From Pseudomonadota bacterium (lineage in GTDB: Bacteria; Pseudomonadota; Alphaproteobacteria; Pelagibacterales; Pelagibacteraceae): a DNA stretch of 34,277 nucleotides. The notes beneath the pieces were generated by a model. The model was not told where the DNA came from, did no database searches, and saw only the letters and a program-made list of their open reading frames with translations. Positions 20,377-28,251 of the stretch are shown here, in pieces. The position numbers were made by a program, and so were the translations under genes. The stretch's first letter is position 1; each line of letters opens with the position of its first letter. The stretch spans positions 1 through 34,277 of the forward strand of contig JBAXVU010000001.1 in NCBI GenBank assembly GCA_037128905.1, in the 5' to 3' direction.

Positions 20377-21487
20377 TATTTGATACAGATGTTATTACCT
20401 CGCATGCTATTGATTTATTTTTTCCAATATTTCCAAGTCTATCAGTTGTTTTACCTTTAACGCTTATTTGTTTTTGATTAATATTACAAATCTTAGCAAG
20501 ATTATTTGAGATAATACTTTTATATTTTTTTAGATTTGGTTTTTGAGCGATAATATTAATATCAATGTTATTAATTTTAACATTATTAGTTTTAATAAGT
20601 TTAATAACTTCTTTTAAAAAAAATGTAGATCTTTTGTTCTTAAATTTTTTATTATTTGGAAATAAAGTCCCAATATCACCTAACTTTCTGGATCCTAAAA
20701 TAGAATCTATTAACGCGTGAATTACAGGATCCCCGTCAGAATGACCTACAAGTCCCATTGAGTAAGGAATTTTTACTCCTCCTAAGTATAATTTATAATT
20801 TTTTTCTAATCTGTGAATGTCGTACCCAATTCCATAAGTAATTTTTTTATTATTTAAATCTAGATTGATGTCAGATTTATGAGTTATTTTGATATTATTA
20901 TTATCACCTTTTATTTTTTTAACATTTAATTTTTCAAAAAAAAAAAAAGAAGACTCGTCATTAAATTTTTTAGTTTTATATTTTTTATGTAAAAAAAATA
21001 TTTTTTTGTAAGTAAAGGATTGAGGAGTTTGAATAGATAGTATTTTTTCTCTATTTAGTATTTGGTTATTATAGACTGTAGTGTCTTTATTTTTTATACA
21101 GGGGATTACAGCGTCGTTATTTTTAGAATATTTAATAATTTTATTTATTAAAGTCTTATTTGCAAATGGTCTTGCAGCATCGTGTATCAAAATTTTTTTA
21201 GGATTATTTTTTTTTAATTTCTTAAGAGCGAGAAATACCGAATCTTTTCTTTCATTTCCTCCATTTATTATTTTAATTTTTTTATTTTTATAAATTTCAT
21301 TTTTAAATTTGTTAAAATCCGGCTTATTAATTACTAAAATTATCTTTTTTATTGAACTAATTTTGCAAAATGTTCTAAGCGAGTAATTTATTACTAATTC
21401 ATTGTTGAATACTGTATATTGCTTGGGTATAGTTTTTGAATATCTATGACCTTTTCCAGCAGCTAAAATTATAGCGTAATAATTCAT
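20372..21487 (-). CDS. ispDF: Bifunctional IspD/IspF (MEP pathway)
   Basis: IspD: LAAG.G.R..KQY, IHDAARP, IQTPQ, NIKIT. IspF: GYDIH, GHSDGD, GDIG..FP. Confidence 0.95.
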   Translation of the reverse strand: MNYYAIILAAGKGHRYSKTIPKQYTVFNNELVINYSLRTFCKISSIKKIILVINKPDFNKFKNEIYKNKKIKIINGGNERKDSVFLALKKLKKNNPKKILIHDAARPFANKTLINKIIKYSKNNDAVIPCIKNKDTTVYNNQILNREKILSIQTPQSFTYKKIFFLHKKYKTKKFNDESSFFFFEKLNVKKIKGDNNNIKITHKSDINLDLNNKKITYGIGYDIHRLEKNYKLYLGGVKIPYSMGLVGHSDGDPVIHALIDSILGSRKLGDIGTLFPNNKKFKNKRSTFFLKEVIKLIKTNNVKINNIDINIIAQKPNLKKYKSIISNNLAKICNINQKQISVKGKTTDRLGNIGKNKSIACEVITSVSNN

Positions 21488-21492
21488 ATAAT

Positions 21493-23271
21493 ATGATCAA
21501 AAAAATATTAAATTCAAATTTACTTTTATACTTTAGCACTTTTCTTTCAATATTTTTTGGAATTTTCACGCTTTATACATTTTCAGGAACAAGTTTTGTT
21601 GAATTAAACGAATACAACATTCAACTTCTTTTAATAATAAACCTAATAATTATATGTCTGTTTTTCTTTTTAATTATAAGAAAATTGATAATTCTTTTTT
21701 ACAAATCCAAGAAAGTTGCTGGTTTAAGCACTAATTTAAATTTTGTAAAATATTTTATTTTTGTAACAGCAATTCCATCAATCTTTGTTGCTGTTTTCTC
21801 ATTGATGCTTTTTAATTTTGGAATTGAAAAATGGTTTGATAATAAAGTTAACGAGGTCGTTAGTAATTCAGTTGAAGTTGCAAGAAACTATCTTGAGGAA
21901 AATCAGAATTCAATAAAAGGAGAAATTTTAGCAATGGCTAATGATTTGAATCGTAACTTTAATTTATATACAGAGAACAAACCAGTCTTTCAAAATTATT
22001 TTGATCAACAATCTAAATTTAGAAAAATTGAAGAATCTTATTTAGTTAACAAGGATGGAATAGTTCTTTTTTCCACATCATTTACTAATAAAAATAATTT
22101 TATACCTCCGTTAAAAACTTTTATTGATATGGCTCAGAGTGGCCAAACAATATTAATTTCTGACGCCAATAAAAATCAAACTAATGCTTTAGTAAAATTG
22201 AGCACTAATGAAAATATTTTTTTATATGTCATTAGATACGTTGATCCTGAAACTGTAAATTTTTTGAAAAAAACTGGAGATGCTTCTACATTTTATTATA
22301 AATTAAAATCTAACAGTTTAGGATTACAAATTACCTTTGCTATTGTTTATATTATAATCGTAACTTCATTAATTTTATTATCAAGTATATACGCTATAAA
22401 TATAGCCAATAAAATTTCAAAACCTATTCTTAAATTAATTTCTGCTGCAAAAGAAGTTGCGGCTGGTAATTTTAATGCAAAACTTAAAGATGAAAAAGAA
22501 GATGATGATTTTAAAAAGTTATATCAAACTTTTAATATTATGACCGATGAAATACAGGCTCAAAATAAAAAAATCGCATTAACAGAAAGATATCAAGCAT
22601 GGGAAATGGTAGCTAAAAAGCTTGCTCATGAAATTAAAAATCCTTTAACTCCTATAACTTTATCAATTGATAGAATTAGAGAAAAGTACTCGAAACAAAT
22701 CAGTACTGATAAAGCTGATTTTGATAATTATCTGAATATTATTTCTAGGCAAGTTAAGGACATAGGTAAATTAGCAAATGAATTTTCAGACTTTGCAAGA
22801 ATGCCAGAGCCTATTAAAAAAGATAATAACTTTAAAAATTTAATACAAGATACTGTTAATCTATATAAATTATCTGAAAAAAATCTAAGCATTGATTTGG
22901 ATTATTCAAGTAATAAGGATTCATTTAAATTTGATTTAGATCAAATTTCGCGAGTTTTAGTCAATATTATGAAGAATTCATTAGAAGCTATTCATGAAAA
23001 ACTAGAAATAGAAAAAAATTTAAAAGGAAAAATAACGATTAAAGTCGAAGATGATAATGATTTTATTTATGTTACTATAGAAGATAATGGAATTGGTTTT
23101 AGATCTAAACCAAAAGATCTTACATCTCCATTAGCAACAACAAAACAACATGGTTCTGGTTTAGGATTATCTATAGTATCTAAAATCTTGCATGAGCATG
23201 GTGGAGATTTAAATTTTTTAGAAAAAGAGGGTGGAGCTAAAGTTAAATTAAATATTAAAATTAATTCATGA
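21493..23271 (+). CDS. ntrY: Sensor histidine kinase NtrY (short form)
   Basis: N-terminal TMs, IEKWF, periplasmic domain, HAMP, AWEMVAKKLAHEIKNPLTPI H-box, DNGIG and GSGLGL. Confidence 0.92.
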   Translation: MIKKILNSNLLLYFSTFLSIFFGIFTLYTFSGTSFVELNEYNIQLLLIINLIIICLFFFLIIRKLIILFYKSKKVAGLSTNLNFVKYFIFVTAIPSIFVAVFSLMLFNFGIEKWFDNKVNEVVSNSVEVARNYLEENQNSIKGEILAMANDLNRNFNLYTENKPVFQNYFDQQSKFRKIEESYLVNKDGIVLFSTSFTNKNNFIPPLKTFIDMAQSGQTILISDANKNQTNALVKLSTNENIFLYVIRYVDPETVNFLKKTGDASTFYYKLKSNSLGLQITFAIVYIIIVTSLILLSSIYAINIANKISKPILKLISAAKEVAAGNFNAKLKDEKEDDDFKKLYQTFNIMTDEIQAQNKKIALTERYQAWEMVAKKLAHEIKNPLTPITLSIDRIREKYSKQISTDKADFDNYLNIISRQVKDIGKLANEFSDFARMPEPIKKDNNFKNLIQDTVNLYKLSEKNLSIDLDYSSNKDSFKFDLDQISRVLVNIMKNSLEAIHEKLEIEKNLKGKITIKVEDDNDFIYVTIEDNGIGFRSKPKDLTSPLATTKQHGSGLGLSIVSKILHEHGGDLNFLEKEGGAKVKLNIKINS

Positions 23272-24611
23272 AACATGAAATTTTATTAATAGACGATGAA
23301 AAAGATATAAGATTTGCTGTTGCAGAAATCTTAAAAGAAAATAATTTTTTAGTTAGAGAAGCTGACACAATTGAGAAGGCTTTATTTGAAATAAATAAAA
23401 AATTACCTGATTTAATTATTTTAGATGTTTTGTTAGATGAAAAAAATAGAGATGGAATAGACATATTAAAATTTATTAAATCTATTGATAACGATATTCC
23501 CGTTATTATGATCTCAGGTCATGCTAATATCAAGATTGCCGTTGATTCAATAAAACTTGGCGCATTTGAATTTTTAGAAAAACCTTTTAACAAAGATAGA
23601 TTGTTAAATTTTATTAATAGAGCTCTTGAAACATCCTCTCTTAAAAAAGAAAATAAATCATTAAAAAAAAATTTCTATTTTTCAAATGAACTAATAGGAA
23701 ATTCATCAAAAATTTTAAAATTAAAATCTTCTATAGAAAGACTATCAAAAACTGATAGTCGAGTTTTAATTCATGGACCAGCAGGTTCCGGAAAAGAACT
23801 TGTAAGTAGGCTTATCCATGAAAGCTCATCAAGAGCTAAAAACCCATTTAAAATTGTTAATGGTGCTATACTTGATCCTAGTCATTTTGATTTTGAACTA
23901 TTTGGATCAGAAAATAATGATAAAATTATTTCTGGAATTTTTGAAAAATCTAATAACGGAACATTATTAATTGATAATATCGCAGATGTTCCTCTTGAGA
24001 CACAAGGTAAAATTTTAAGAGTTTTGTCTGATCAAAAATTTCATAGAGTAAATGGAGCAGAAGAGATTAATGTGAATATTAGATTTGTTTGTTCCACAAG
24101 TAAGAATTTGAATGAAGAAATTTTAAATGGAAATTTTAGAGAAGATCTTTTTCACAGAATAAATGTCATTCCAATAGAAATGCCTTTTTTAAAAGATATA
24201 AAAGAAGATATTCCTTCCTTAATTGAATATTTTGTAAAAAAAATTTCAGAAAGTAACGGATTAAAGCCAATTATTATTAATTCAAAAAATACAGTATTTT
24301 ATGATTATAATTGGCCAGGAAATATTCGTGAATTAAGAAATTTAATTGAGCGAGTAGTTATTTTAGCTTCAGGAAAGAATGAAGATGTTGATAAAATTTT
24401 ATCAGAGTCATTAAAAATTTCATCAGTAAAAGAAAATAATAATGAAGATACATTTCAATTTCCGTTAAAAGAAGCCAGAGAAAAGTTTGAAAAATCTTAC
24501 CTTGAGATTCAGCTTAATAGACATAATGGTAACGTTTCCAAAACTGCTGATTATATCGGAATGGAAAGAAGTGCTTTACATAGAAAACTAAAATCTTTAG
24601 GTATTAATTAG
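23268..24611 (+). CDS. ntrX: Response regulator NtrX (REC, AAA+-like, Fis-type HTH)
   Basis: IDDE/LDV/MISGH/EKP receiver, [36 protein letters not shown]; no GAFTGA. Confidence 0.93.
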   Translation: MKHEILLIDDEKDIRFAVAEILKENNFLVREADTIEKALFEINKKLPDLIILDVLLDEKNRDGIDILKFIKSIDNDIPVIMISGHANIKIAVDSIKLGAFEFLEKPFNKDRLLNFINRALETSSLKKENKSLKKNFYFSNELIGNSSKILKLKSSIERLSKTDSRVLIHGPAGSGKELVSRLIHESSSRAKNPFKIVNGAILDPSHFDFELFGSENNDKIISGIFEKSNNGTLLIDNIADVPLETQGKILRVLSDQKFHRVNGAEEINVNIRFVCSTSKNLNEEILNGNFREDLFHRINVIPIEMPFLKDIKEDIPSLIEYFVKKISESNGLKPIIINSKNTVFYDYNWPGNIRELRNLIERVVILASGKNEDVDKILSESLKISSVKENNNEDTFQFPLKEAREKFEKSYLEIQLNRHNGNVSKTADYIGMERSALHRKLKSLGIN

Positions 24612-24613
24612 TT

Positions 24614-25645
24614 ATGAGAATAAAAGTTGCTATTAATGGTTTTGGTAGAATAGGTAGAACAATACTAAGAGCCCATTACGAAAATAAAAAAAAACATAAT
24701 TTAGAAATCGTAGCAATTAATGGGTCTGGAAATGCAGAAGATAATGCCCATTTATTAAAATATGATTCTACGCATGGAAAATTTAATGAAAATGTTTCTT
24801 TCAAAAAGAATTATATTTTTATTAACAAAGATAAAATTGAATTTTTAAATCATAAAGATCCAGAAAATTTACCTTCTTGGAAAAGATTAGGTGTAGACCT
24901 AGTTTTGGAATGTACAGGACGTTTTACTTCAAGAGATAAAGCTCAACTGCATATTAAAGCAGGAGCAAAAAAAGTTCTTATTTCTGGTCCGGGATACTCG
25001 CCAGGAACAGGAAAAGAAGCTGATGCAACAATTGTGTATGGGGTTAATCACAAAATATTAAAAAAGAATCATACAATTGTTTCAAACGCTTCTTGTACTA
25101 CTAATTGTCTCGCTCCAATTGCAAAAATATTGAATGATAAATTAGGAATTGAGTCTGGAATAATGAATACAATTCATGCCTATACTAACGATCAGGTATT
25201 AAATGATGCTTACCATAACGATTTAAGAAGAGCGCGTGCAGCTGCTTTATCTATGATACCTACAAAAACTGGTGCAGCAACTTCTATTGGTCTAGTTATA
25301 CCGGAGCTTGACGGCAAGCTTGATGGTTTGTCTGTAAGAGTACCCACTAACAATGTTTCTTTGGTTGATTTAACATTTATATCTAAAAAAAGAACTTCTG
25401 TTAAAAAGATTAATGACTTAATCAAATCTGCTGCTAAAAGCAGTTTTTCAAATATTATTCAGTACAATTCTGAACAATTAGTTTCTATAGATTTTAATCA
25501 TAATCCTTACTCTTGTATTTTTGACTCAACTCAAACAAGAGTGTCAAGGGATGGTAAGTTAGTTAAAGTATTGGCCTGGTATGACAATGAGTGGGGCTTT
25601 TCAAATCGAATGCTAGATACCTCTATTGCTTTAATGAAAGCTTAA
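24614..25645 (+). CDS. gap: Type I glyceraldehyde-3-phosphate dehydrogenase
   Basis: [43 protein letters not shown]. Confidence 0.96.
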   Translation: MRIKVAINGFGRIGRTILRAHYENKKKHNLEIVAINGSGNAEDNAHLLKYDSTHGKFNENVSFKKNYIFINKDKIEFLNHKDPENLPSWKRLGVDLVLECTGRFTSRDKAQLHIKAGAKKVLISGPGYSPGTGKEADATIVYGVNHKILKKNHTIVSNASCTTNCLAPIAKILNDKLGIESGIMNTIHAYTNDQVLNDAYHNDLRRARAAALSMIPTKTGAATSIGLVIPELDGKLDGLSVRVPTNNVSLVDLTFISKKRTSVKKINDLIKSAAKSSFSNIIQYNSEQLVSIDFNHNPYSCIFDSTQTRVSRDGKLVKVLAWYDNEWGFSNRMLDTSIALMKA

Positions 25646-25657
25646 ATCAATAACAAA

Positions 25658-25685
25658 TTGATTAAAAAGAAATAATTGCTAAAAG
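25658..25685 (+). promoter_or_regulatory. Putative promoter of tRNA-Arg (TTGATT-16 bp-TAAAAG with extended TG)
   Basis: Hexamers read by eye in the gap-tRNA spacer; weak evidence given the AT richness. Confidence 0.35.
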
Positions 25686-25701
25686 TATTTAAAATTTAGT
25701 T

Positions 25702-25778
25702 GCGCCCTTAGCTCAGCTGGATAGAGCATCGGTTTTCTAAACCGAGGGTCAGAGGTTCGAATCCTTTAGGGCGCGCCA
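25702..25778 (+). tRNA. trnR-TCT: tRNA-Arg (anticodon TCT, reads AGA)
   Basis: 77 nt cloverleaf: acceptor GCGCCCT/AGGGCGC, D-arm GCTC/GAGC with A20, anticodon stem TCGGT/ACCGA with loop TT-TCT-AA, T-loop TTCGAAT, encoded CCA. Confidence 0.98.
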
Positions 25779-25790
25779 ATTTTATAAATT

Positions 25791-26816
25791 ATGGCTAAAA
25801 TTTTAATTCTAGGAGCAGGCTCAATGAGCACTGCCTTTGCTTTTCCTTGTATTGATAATAATCACAAAGTTTCAATTGTGGGTACTCATTTAGAAGATAA
25901 TTTTATTGATATTATTAAGTCTAATAAAAATATTCATCCAATTTTAAAATCTAAAATTCCAAATAGTGTTAAACTTTATAAGTTTAGGGATTTTCATAAT
26001 GTATTTGCTGATTCAGAATTAATAGTTATTGGAGTCAGTTCAAAAGGTATTAATTGGGCCGCACAACAATTATCAAAAATTAAAAAAAATCAACAAGTTC
26101 TTGTTTTAACAAAAGGTTTAAGTGTTAATCAAAATAATAGATATGAAGTATATTCAAAAACTATTGAAAATATTTTATTAAAAAAAAGAATTAAAAATTT
26201 AAAGATATCTATTGCAGCTGGACCATGTTTAGCAGCTGATCTATCTAAAAAAGTTATTACAAATGTTGTTTTTGCAAACAAAAATATTTCTGTAGTTAAA
26301 AATTTAGCTAAAATTTTATCAACCTCTTATTATCATATCAAATGTTCAGATGATTTTGTTGGAGTAGCAGCTTGCGGAGGAATTAAAAATATTTATGCGA
26401 TGATCATAGGGGCATCAATGGGAATAAACTTAACAAACGAAAAAGATAATAAAAATTTAAATACAGCAGCGGCATTATTTAACCAATCAATTTTAGAAAT
26501 GAGTTATTTTGTTAAAAAAATAGGTGGGAAAGAATCTACCGTTAAGGATCTTGCTGGAATTGGTGATTTATATGTTAGTTGCACAGGGGGAAGAAATTCT
26601 AAAATGGGAAAATTCATAGGTATGGGAATGACTTATAGACAAGCAAAAAAAGTTAAAATGCCAACTGATACAGTTGAAGGAGCTGACCTAATATTTGATA
26701 TTGGGAATAAAATTATTAAAGATTTTACCACCAGAGAAATTCCACTAATGATTTCTTTTATCAGAGCTTTGCTTAATAATACTAAATTTAAAATTGATAA
26801 AAAACTTTTCTTTTAA
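25791..26816 (+). CDS. gpsA: NAD(P)H-dependent glycerol-3-phosphate dehydrogenase family (divergent)
   Basis: GAGSMS Rossmann loop, LTKG, GPCLA, GGIKNIYA, LAGIGDL..C.GGRN, TVEG. Confidence 0.82.
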   Translation: MAKILILGAGSMSTAFAFPCIDNNHKVSIVGTHLEDNFIDIIKSNKNIHPILKSKIPNSVKLYKFRDFHNVFADSELIVIGVSSKGINWAAQQLSKIKKNQQVLVLTKGLSVNQNNRYEVYSKTIENILLKKRIKNLKISIAAGPCLAADLSKKVITNVVFANKNISVVKNLAKILSTSYYHIKCSDDFVGVAACGGIKNIYAMIIGASMGINLTNEKDNKNLNTAAALFNQSILEMSYFVKKIGGKESTVKDLAGIGDLYVSCTGGRNSKMGKFIGMGMTYRQAKKVKMPTDTVEGADLIFDIGNKIIKDFTTREIPLMISFIRALLNNTKFKIDKKLFF

Positions 26817-26818
26817 AG

Positions 26819-27121
26819 TTGGAAAATTTTTTTGTTTATATTATTGCAACCTCAGCTAATAAAAAAATAATTTCATATGTTGGCTGGACAAGTAATTTAA
26901 AAAAAAGACTGGAACTTCATAATTCTGGCAAAGGAGCTAAATTTACTAGAGGGAGAAAATGGTTTTTAATTTTTAAAAGAAAAATGCTTTCCAAAAAAGC
27001 TGCAATGCAGTTTGAGTACAAATTAAAAAATGACCGAAAAAATAGAAAAAAAATAATAACAAAGTTTTTTTCACAACCTGCAATTGTTAATAAACAGAAT
27101 AGTCTTTTAAGCAATTTTTAA
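26819..27121 (+). CDS. Small stand-alone GIY-YIG nuclease (UPF0213/YhbQ-like)
   Basis: FVYII..SYVG.T.NL..RL..HNSGKGAKFTRGR.W..A...E..LK; TTG start. Confidence 0.88.
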   Translation: MENFFVYIIATSANKKIISYVGWTSNLKKRLELHNSGKGAKFTRGRKWFLIFKRKMLSKKAAMQFEYKLKNDRKNRKKIITKFFSQPAIVNKQNSLLSNF

Positions 27122-27161
27122 ATTAGATATAAATTCATTATTAAACTTAACTAAAAAAAAA

Positions 27162-28193
27162 ATGAAAAAAATTAAATTTAATTTATTTGTATTTTTAGCA
27201 TTTGTTGCAACTTTTATATTTGCAACATTTTCCGCTAATGCAAATCAAACTAGAGAAAATGTAATTAAACGTGGATCGCTTAATTGTGGTGTTTCACAAG
27301 GCGTCCCTGGATTTTCTAATGCTGATGCGTCGGGAAAATGGGCTGGGATTGACGTTGATTTTTGTAGAGCCGTAGCGGCAGCTGTGCTTGGTGATGCAAA
27401 TAAAGTTAAATATACGCCTCTAAGCGCGAAAGATAGATTTGAAGTTTTAAAAGCAGGAGACATTGATGTGTTGGCAAGAAACACAACATGGACTCTATCT
27501 AGAGATGGTGGACTTGCTTTAGATTTTATTGGGACCAATTTTTACGATGGACAAGGTTTCATGGTTAGAAAAGCTGCTAATATTAATTCAGCAAAAAAAC
27601 TTAATAACGTAAAAGTTTGTGTAGAAACAGGAACTACAACTGAATTGAACTTGAGAGATTATTTTAAAGCAAATAAACTTAAGTATGAACCGGTAGCATT
27701 CACAAAAGCGGATGAAGCAGTTGCTGCTTATGATGCTGGACGCTGTGACGTTTATACTACTGACAAATCAGGATTAGCTGCAAATAGAACAAAAACTAAA
27801 AATCCAGCAGATCATGTGATTTTACCAGAAACAATTTCTAAAGAACCATTAGGACCTGTTGTAAGAGGCAATGATGAGAACTGGGCAAATATTACAAGAT
27901 GGACGCTTAACGTAATGATCGAAGCAGAAGAGCTTGGAATTACAAAAGCCAACGTTGATACTTTAAAATCTACTGACAATCCTGCAATCAAAAGATTATT
28001 AGGACTTGAAGGTGAAACTGGAAAAAATCTTAGCTTAGGCAACGAGTGGAGCTACAACATAATTAAACAAGTTGGTAATTATGGAGAAAGCTATGAAACT
28101 AACGTTGGTCCAAAAACTCCAATTGGTTTAGGCAGAGGATTAAATCAATTATGGTCAAAAGGTGGTATTTTATACGCCCCTCCAGTAAGATAA
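27162..28193 (+). CDS. aapJ: General L-amino-acid ABC transporter substrate-binding protein (AapJ/BztA/YhdW)
   Basis: Signal peptide (ANA), L.CGV..G.PGFS, DVDFCRAVAAA, RNTTWT.SRD, ISKEPLGP, VGNYGE, YAPP.R. Confidence 0.95.
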   Translation: MKKIKFNLFVFLAFVATFIFATFSANANQTRENVIKRGSLNCGVSQGVPGFSNADASGKWAGIDVDFCRAVAAAVLGDANKVKYTPLSAKDRFEVLKAGDIDVLARNTTWTLSRDGGLALDFIGTNFYDGQGFMVRKAANINSAKKLNNVKVCVETGTTTELNLRDYFKANKLKYEPVAFTKADEAVAAYDAGRCDVYTTDKSGLAANRTKTKNPADHVILPETISKEPLGPVVRGNDENWANITRWTLNVMIEAEELGITKANVDTLKSTDNPAIKRLLGLEGETGKNLSLGNEWSYNIIKQVGNYGESYETNVGPKTPIGLGRGLNQLWSKGGILYAPPVR

Positions 28194-28206
28194 TTTCTTA
28201 ATATTT

Positions 28207-28240
28207 AAAAAAGGCCGATTAATTATCGGCCTTTTTTTTT
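28207..28240 (+). terminator. Intrinsic terminator / stabilising hairpin after aapJ (potentially bidirectional)
   Basis: AAAAAA-GGCCGAT-TAATT-ATCGGCC-TTTTTTTTT. Confidence 0.9.
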
Positions 28241-28251
28241 AAGAAAAATAT

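Noticed and set aside
25645-25663. AATCAAT/ATTGATT inverted repeat after gap as a terminator
   Set aside because: AT-rich weak stem with no U-tract on the + strand; it overlaps the putative tRNA -35.
25702-25778. tRNA-Arg as the attachment site of a genomic island
   Set aside because: No integrase and no duplicated tRNA 3' end seen in the window; downstream genes look like core genes.
26819-27121. GIY-YIG ORF as a homing endonuclease or mobile element
   Set aside because: Single small domain of the housekeeping UPF0213 type; no intron, DNA-binding extension or flanking repeats seen.
27061-27161. Riboswitch upstream of aapJ
   Set aside because: Only 40 nt intergenic, almost all A/T, with no recognisable aptamer motif or stable stems.
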